From contig JAXLZS010000001.1 of assembly GCA_046350775.1 (NCBI GenBank), positions 481,838 to 545,837 of the forward strand: a stretch of 64,000 bases of DNA, given 5' to 3'. Shown in pieces: positions 59,095 through 64,000 of the stretch. The notes beneath the pieces are model-generated. The model worked only from the letters and a program-made list of their open reading frames with translations. It did no database searches and was not told the origin of the DNA. The position numbers and the translations under genes are program-made. Within the stretch, counting starts at the first letter, position 1. Every line of letters begins with the position of its first letter. The DNA is from Minisyncoccota bacterium. GTDB taxonomy: Bacteria; Patescibacteriota; Minisyncoccia; Phycocordibacterales; UBA5272.

Positions 59095-59820
59095 ATGAAA
59101 AAAATAATCACATCAATAATATTTCTATTCATGCTAACCGTGAGTATAAATATGGTAAAAGCTACAGTCATACCTGTAGGCACATCAATAACTGGTCAGT
59201 ATACATATTATGACCCAGAAGGAGATCTGGAAGGTCAATCATTATTTCAATGGTATAGAGATGGTGTAGCTATAGACGGAGCTACTTATAGATCCTACAC
59301 AATAACATCTCAAGATGTTGGTCATACGCTTGTCTTTGAAGTGACACCTGTCTCATTGACCGGTATCTCTCCTGGAGAGCCAATCAGAAGTGAAGGTATC
59401 GCAATCACCGCACAATCTGCTGGAAATAGTGGTGGTGGAGGATCTTCTGGTGGAGGTATGATATCAGTAATCGTACCAGCTAGCACCTCTACACCAGTCA
59501 TTACTTTTTTGACATCTGGGGCTACAACTTCTTCTACTACAGTAGTTATTAATAACAATTCAAATCTAGGTGGTATCATCTCACAGATTGCTAGAACGTT
59601 AAAATATGGCATGTCAGGTGTAGATGTGAAAGCTCTTCAAATATATCTAAATACTAATGGATATATAGTAGCTAAATCAGGAGCAGGATCACCTGGTCAT
59701 GAGACTAACTATTTTGGTCTTGCTACTAAAGCTGCAGTCATGAGATTCCAAAAAGCTAATAAGATCACTCCTGTTTCAGGTCTCGTTGGCCCTTTAACAA
59801 GAGCGGTGATTAATAAATAG
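59095..59820 (+). CDS. Secreted protein: N-truncated Ig-like domain + peptidoglycan-binding domain
   Basis: Signal peptide; VGTSITGQYTYYDPEGDLEGQSLFQWYR; LKYGMSGVDVKALQIYLN...YFGLATKAAVMRFQ...GLVGPLTR. Confidence 0.88.
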   Translation: MKKIITSIIFLFMLTVSINMVKATVIPVGTSITGQYTYYDPEGDLEGQSLFQWYRDGVAIDGATYRSYTITSQDVGHTLVFEVTPVSLTGISPGEPIRSEGIAITAQSAGNSGGGGSSGGGMISVIVPASTSTPVITFLTSGATTSSTTVVINNNSNLGGIISQIARTLKYGMSGVDVKALQIYLNTNGYIVAKSGAGSPGHETNYFGLATKAAVMRFQKANKITPVSGLVGPLTRAVINK

Positions 59821-59890
59821 ATATCTATTTACAAATAAATAAATAAAAACCATCCGAGAGGGTGGTTTTTATGATATTATTAATAATATT

Positions 59891-60592
59891 ATGATAACTT
59901 CAATATTTTTTATAATAATTCTCTTTTATTCTATAGTTTTTCATGAGATTGCTCATGGATATGCAGCTTATAGAAATGGCGATATGACAGCTTTTAATGC
60001 TGGTCGCCTAACGCTCAATCCATTAAGACATATTGATATGATTGGGTCTATTATAGTACCCATAATTTCTTATTTTGCTTTTAATTTTGCTTTTGGTTGG
60101 GCAAAGCCAGTACCGTACAATCCTGAAAATATAAAACATAAAAAATATGGTGAATTGGAGGTGGCTTCAGCTGGAATAATTATTAATCTTTTTATTGCTG
60201 GACTAGCTATTTTAATATTTTATATTTTAAAAGGACAATTTTTAATAAATTCTGCTGTGGCAAATATCTTAATACTTACTACTACCATCAATTTATTTTT
60301 AGCTTTGTTTAATCTTTTACCATTTCCACCAGCTGATGGATTTTCTATATTTTCTGAGCTTTTCACACACATTAGATCTTTTTATGTCAATATAAAAAAT
60401 AAATTTAGTAAAAAGAAGATATACGAGGCAAATTATATAAATAATAATCCTATAAGAAATAAATCTTTTTATATAAAATCATTGTTTTCTAATCCTTTTA
60501 TGATGATAGTCATAATATTTGTAGCGGTAAATGTGTTTAGTCTGCTTGTGCCATTCGTCTTGTCTTTTATAAATTATTTATATTCTTTTTAA
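59891..60592 (+). CDS. Site-2 protease (M50 family)
   Basis: HEIAH, GRLTLNP, GWAKPVP, FNLLPFPPADG. Confidence 0.93.
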   Translation: MITSIFFIIILFYSIVFHEIAHGYAAYRNGDMTAFNAGRLTLNPLRHIDMIGSIIVPIISYFAFNFAFGWAKPVPYNPENIKHKKYGELEVASAGIIINLFIAGLAILIFYILKGQFLINSAVANILILTTTINLFLALFNLLPFPPADGFSIFSELFTHIRSFYVNIKNKFSKKKIYEANYINNNPIRNKSFYIKSLFSNPFMMIVIIFVAVNVFSLLVPFVLSFINYLYSF

Positions 60593-60604
60593 TTTGTCTT
60601 TTAG

Positions 60605-60707
60605 TTATCCACACATCTTTTTATAAAAGACTTGTCTTTTATAATGTGTCGTTTATAATATATACATATAAGCAAGGGTCGCTCAACTTTATAGTTGGCG
60701 ACTTTTG
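60605..60707 (+). promoter_or_regulatory. Conserved promoter module, copy B
   Basis: TTATCCACA; same 24-bp palindrome at 60621-60644; TGTCGTTTATAAT; CAAGGGTCGC...GCGACTTTTG hairpin. Confidence 0.75.
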
Positions 60708-60726
60708 TTTTTATGAATTATTAATT

Positions 60727-63700
60727 ATGAAAAAAATATTAAAACTAATCATAAATACATTTTTAGTTTTTTCACTATTGTTTTCTTTTTCTTTTGCGGC
60801 AATTAATGATTCTTCTTCTGCCAGTCTTTGGGATAAAATCTCTGTGCGTGTATATTGTGGACTTAATAATATTTTAAACATTACCAATCTATGTAAAAGT
60901 AAAGAACAATCTGTTAAAAGTAAAAGCACTTATTCTATAAACTCTTCTGTTATTTCTATAGCTACATCTACTCCTACGACTACATTATCATCAAAGCCTC
61001 TCACTTGGAATTATGTACCAGTAGCCAATAATAATGTAAACAATCTTGTTGGTCCGCAAGGACCACAAGGCCCAGCCGGACCTCCTGGTCCACCAGGTCC
61101 TGTAGCTACTTCTTCTTGGGTTAATTATGTACCTGTGCAAGGACCACCAGGCCCAGCCGGCCCCCAAGGTCCAGCTGGACCTGCTGGCGGAGGAGGTTCT
61201 GCTTCTACTACTAATTCTATTCTTAGTGCGACAAATCTACTTACTTCAATAGTGAATGGAGAAGTGTCTACAACTTCAATAATAAATTCAAATATCGCCT
61301 CATCATCAAACAATCTTCTTCAGACCATTGTGAATGGTGTCTACTCTAATACAATATCTATAATATTTTCAAATGATCTTTCTTTTGATGGGAATATCTT
61401 AACTTCTTCTGTAAATGGCGTATCAACAAGTACGGATTTGTCATCATTGAGACCAAAATGGTATGCGGAAAATATTGATGCACCGACCGTTTCTCCTACT
61501 TCTACAGGTGTAGGGTCTATTGCTCTTGGTGATGGAGCTCAAGCTTTGTCTGATAATATGTTTGTCTATGGAAATAATGCTGGGGTTGATGCTATAAACG
61601 CGAATAATTCAAACTTTGTAGGAAATAATGCTGGAGCTAGTTCTACACGTGCTAGCAACTCAAACTTTTTAGGATATAATTCTGGATATGAAGCGACAGA
61701 TGCATACAACTCAAATTTCTTAGGATATCAATCAGGAAAAAATGCTACAAATGCATCTTATTCAAACTTTTTTGGTGCTAATTCTGGCTCTCAAGCTTCT
61801 GAGGCTAGCTATTCAAACTTTTTTGGTCAATTTTCTGGCTACAATGCTACATATGCTAGTTTATCAAACTTTTTAGGAGTAAGTGCTGGAGAATCAGCTA
61901 CATATGCAAATAACTCAAACTTTTTTGGCCAGCAAGCTGGATATGGAGCGGCAGGTGCTTATAGTTCAAATTTCTTTGGTATGTATGCAGGAATTTTAGC
62001 CGGAAACGCATATAGATCAAACTTTTTAGGTGAAAATGCTGGATACATGGCAACAAATGCATATATGTCAAACTTTTTAGGTAGAAACGCTGGAAATGGT
62101 GCTACCGGGTCAAGTAACTCAAACTTTTTAGGCAATGGTGCAGGTCTTGTAGCTAATAATGCGTATCAGTCAAATTTTCTTGGAAATGCAGCAGGTCTTA
62201 GAGCTTACAATGCATTTCATTCAAATTTTTTAGGATATGAAGCTGGAAAAGATGCTCAAAATGCAAACAACTCTTTCTTTGTAGGAAGAGACGCTGGATA
62301 TTTAGCTCCAAATGCTTCTTATTCTAATTTTTTCGGTTCAAATTCTGGCCTTGGTGCTACAAATGCAAACAATTCAAACTTTATGGGCCAAGGCTCAGGT
62401 CAAGGTGCTGTAAATGCAAATAATTCAAACTTTTTTGGTTGGGGTGCTGGATTTTCGGCTGAGAATGCTATAAATTCTAATTTCTTAGGTAGCTTTTCTG
62501 GAGCTTACGCTCCATACGCTTCAAGCTCAAACTTTTTAGGGTATTATTCTGGATATGGGGCAACAACCGGAAACAATTCAAACTTTTTTGGATATCAATC
62601 AGGTTATCAAGCTACAAATGCAAACAATTCAAACTTTTTGGGATATGGTTCTGGATATGAGGCTGTAGTCGCTTCAAGCTCTAACTTTTTAGGATATCAA
62701 TCCGGATATAAAGCAACAACCGGAAACAATTCAAACTTTTTTGGATATCAATCAGGTTATCAAGCTACAAATGCAAACAATTCAAACTTCTTTGGTCAAG
62801 GAGCTGGAAATGGAGCTGCAAGTGCATACAACTCTACTTTTATAGGAAATAATGCAGGATATGGTGCAACTTATGGAACTCGCTCTACATTTATAGGTCA
62901 AGAAGCTGGATATCAAGCTGGAGCTAATTCTGATTATGATGGTGATAACACTAGCCAGTATTTTGATTCTAATTTTATAGGATACCAATCTGGCTACCAA
63001 GCTACAAATTCTTATAACTCAAACTTTTTAGGTTTTAAATCTGGCTATCAAGCATCAAGCGCTAATAACTCTAACTTTTTTGGTAACAGTACTGGTTTTG
63101 GAGCCACAAATGCAAATAACTCTAATTTTTTAGGAACTGGTGCTGGCTATCAAGCAACAAGCGCATATGATTCTAATTTTTTAGGACAAAATGCTGGCAA
63201 TGCTGCCGCAAATGCAAATAACTCTGTATTTTTTGGTAATCAATCTGGAGATGGGGCTGCGAATTCAAATAATTCAAACTTCTTTGGAAGACTATCTGGT
63301 TATACAGCTATAAATGCATACAACTCTAACTTCTTTGGACAAAGTGCTGGATATGGTGCAACAAATTCTCACCTTTCTAACTTTTTAGGTTATAGTGCTG
63401 GCTATGGTGCGACGGACGCTCACGATTCCAATTTCTTAGGAGATTCAGCTGGTTATCAAGCAACATCCGCTTTCTTTTCTAACTTCTTTGGTCAAAATGC
63501 TGGATCTGGTGCGTACAATGCAGTCAGCTCAAACTTCTTAGGAAACAGTTCTGGTTTTAATGCTTATGGTGCAGAATATTCAAACTTCTTAGGTTATAGA
63601 GCTGGATATGTTGCAGTAAGTGCCGACTATTCAAACTTCTTAGGTTATAGCGCTGGCTATGGTGCGACAAACGCCAACTATTCCAACTTTTTTGGATCAA

Positions 63701-64000
63701 ATGCTGGAAATGGAGCATCCAATGCTTCATATTCAAATATCTTTGGCTATAAAGCAGGACAAACATTTACAGGTAATAACATAGGTACAAATAATATAAT
63801 AATAGGTACCAATATTTCTCTACCAGATGCGACAGCTAATGCTATAAATATCGGCGGAGTACTATTTGGTAGTGGAACATATGCGACTACTACAGGCGAC
63901 CCAATCATTACCCCAGTCTCTAACGGAAAAATTGGTATCGGAGTAGTATCGCCTGCATATACACTAGATGTAGGAAATAGTTCTGTATCTGGAGTAGTAG
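60727..64000 (+). CDS. Large secreted fibre/adhesin: collagen-like segments + ~40 17-aa beta-helix repeats (runs off window)
   Basis: Not in ORF track (no stop in window). ATG 60727, signal peptide, GPQGPQGPAGPPGPPGP, SIALGDGA, repeats of NSNFLGYxAGYxATNA, then GKIGIGVVSPAYTLDV. Confidence 0.9.
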   Translation, partial: MKKILKLIINTFLVFSLLFSFSFAAINDSSSASLWDKISVRVYCGLNNILNITNLCKSKEQSVKSKSTYSINSSVISIATSTPTTTLSSKPLTWNYVPVANNNVNNLVGPQGPQGPAGPPGPPGPVATSSWVNYVPVQGPPGPAGPQGPAGPAGGGGSASTTNSILSATNLLTSIVNGEVSTTSIINSNIASSSNNLLQTIVNGVYSNTISIIFSNDLSFDGNILTSSVNGVSTSTDLSSLRPKWYAENIDAPTVSPTSTGVGSIALGDGAQALSDNMFVYGNNAGVDAINANNSNFVGNNAGASSTRASNSNFLGYNSGYEATDAYNSNFLGYQSGKNATNASYSNFFGANSGSQASEASYSNFFGQFSGYNATYASLSNFLGVSAGESATYANNSNFFGQQAGYGAAGAYSSNFFGMYAGILAGNAYRSNFLGENAGYMATNAYMSNFLGRNAGNGATGSSNSNFLGNGAGLVANNAYQSNFLGNAAGLRAYNAFHSNFLGYEAGKDAQNANNSFFVGRDAGYLAPNASYSNFFGSNSGLGATNANNSNFMGQGSGQGAVNANNSNFFGWGAGFSAENAINSNFLGSFSGAYAPYASSSNFLGYYSGYGATTGNNSNFFGYQSGYQATNANNSNFLGYGSGYEAVVASSSNFLGYQSGYKATTGNNSNFFGYQSGYQATNANNSNFFGQGAGNGAASAYNSTFIGNNAGYGATYGTRSTFIGQEAGYQAGANSDYDGDNTSQYFDSNFIGYQSGYQATNSYNSNFLGFKSGYQASSANNSNFFGNSTGFGATNANNSNFLGTGAGYQATSAYDSNFLGQNAGNAAANANNSVFFGNQSGDGAANSNNSNFFGRLSGYTAINAYNSNFFGQSAGYGATNSHLSNFLGYSAGYGATDAHDSNFLGDSAGYQATSAFFSNFFGQNAGSGAYNAVSSNFLGNSSGFNAYGAEYSNFLGYRAGYVAVSADYSNFLGYSAGYGATNANYSNFFGSNAGNGASNASYSNIFGYKAGQTFTGNNIGTNNIIIGTNISLPDATANAINIGGVLFGSGTYATTTGDPIITPVSNGKIGIGVVSPAYTLDVGNSSVSGVV

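Noticed and set aside
59066-59097. Stop-codon readthrough or alternative genetic code joining the two ORFs
   Set aside because: TAA stop, different frames and an intervening signal peptide; TGA acts as stop elsewhere (9860, 55981)
61561-63760. Ice-nucleation protein
   Set aside because: Repeat is 17 aa with SNFLG, not the 16-aa AGYGSTxTA unit with TxT motifs

Overview
Very AT-rich chromosomal segment of a Candidate Phyla Radiation bacterium, probably Parcubacteria/OD1. The assignment is inferred from gene content and style; TGA is used as a stop, so genetic code 11. Contents: the 5' part of dnaA and the rpmH-rnpA-yidC block; a ~15 kb divergent type IV secretion/pilin cluster (pilin, a pilin-lysozyme-M15 peptidase fusion, VirB4, PrgI, VirB6-like); housekeeping genes (rsmA, pcrA, comM, rpsO, xer, xth, pgk, a degenerate tpiA, rnhA, recJ, cca, ung, rny, clpP, hup, tig, ppa, nusA, split comEC, rpmB); four tRNAs; a minimal RNase P RNA; and large surface-protein genes at the right end. 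Best leads: (1) an Ig-like domain split between two separately secreted proteins, a propeller adhesin carrying the first strand and a peptidoglycan-binding partner carrying the rest; (2) an unannotated ~380-nt structured RNA that shares a DnaA-box + TGTCnnTTATAA promoter module with two adhesin genes; (3) three dispersed, co-varying, strand-polarised hairpin elements; (4) a TPI with a dismantled active site; (5) pervasive leaderless promoter architecture; (6) a parS-like cluster and gene-strand switch 44-53 kb away from dnaA. All calls come from manual motif reading; no database search was run.
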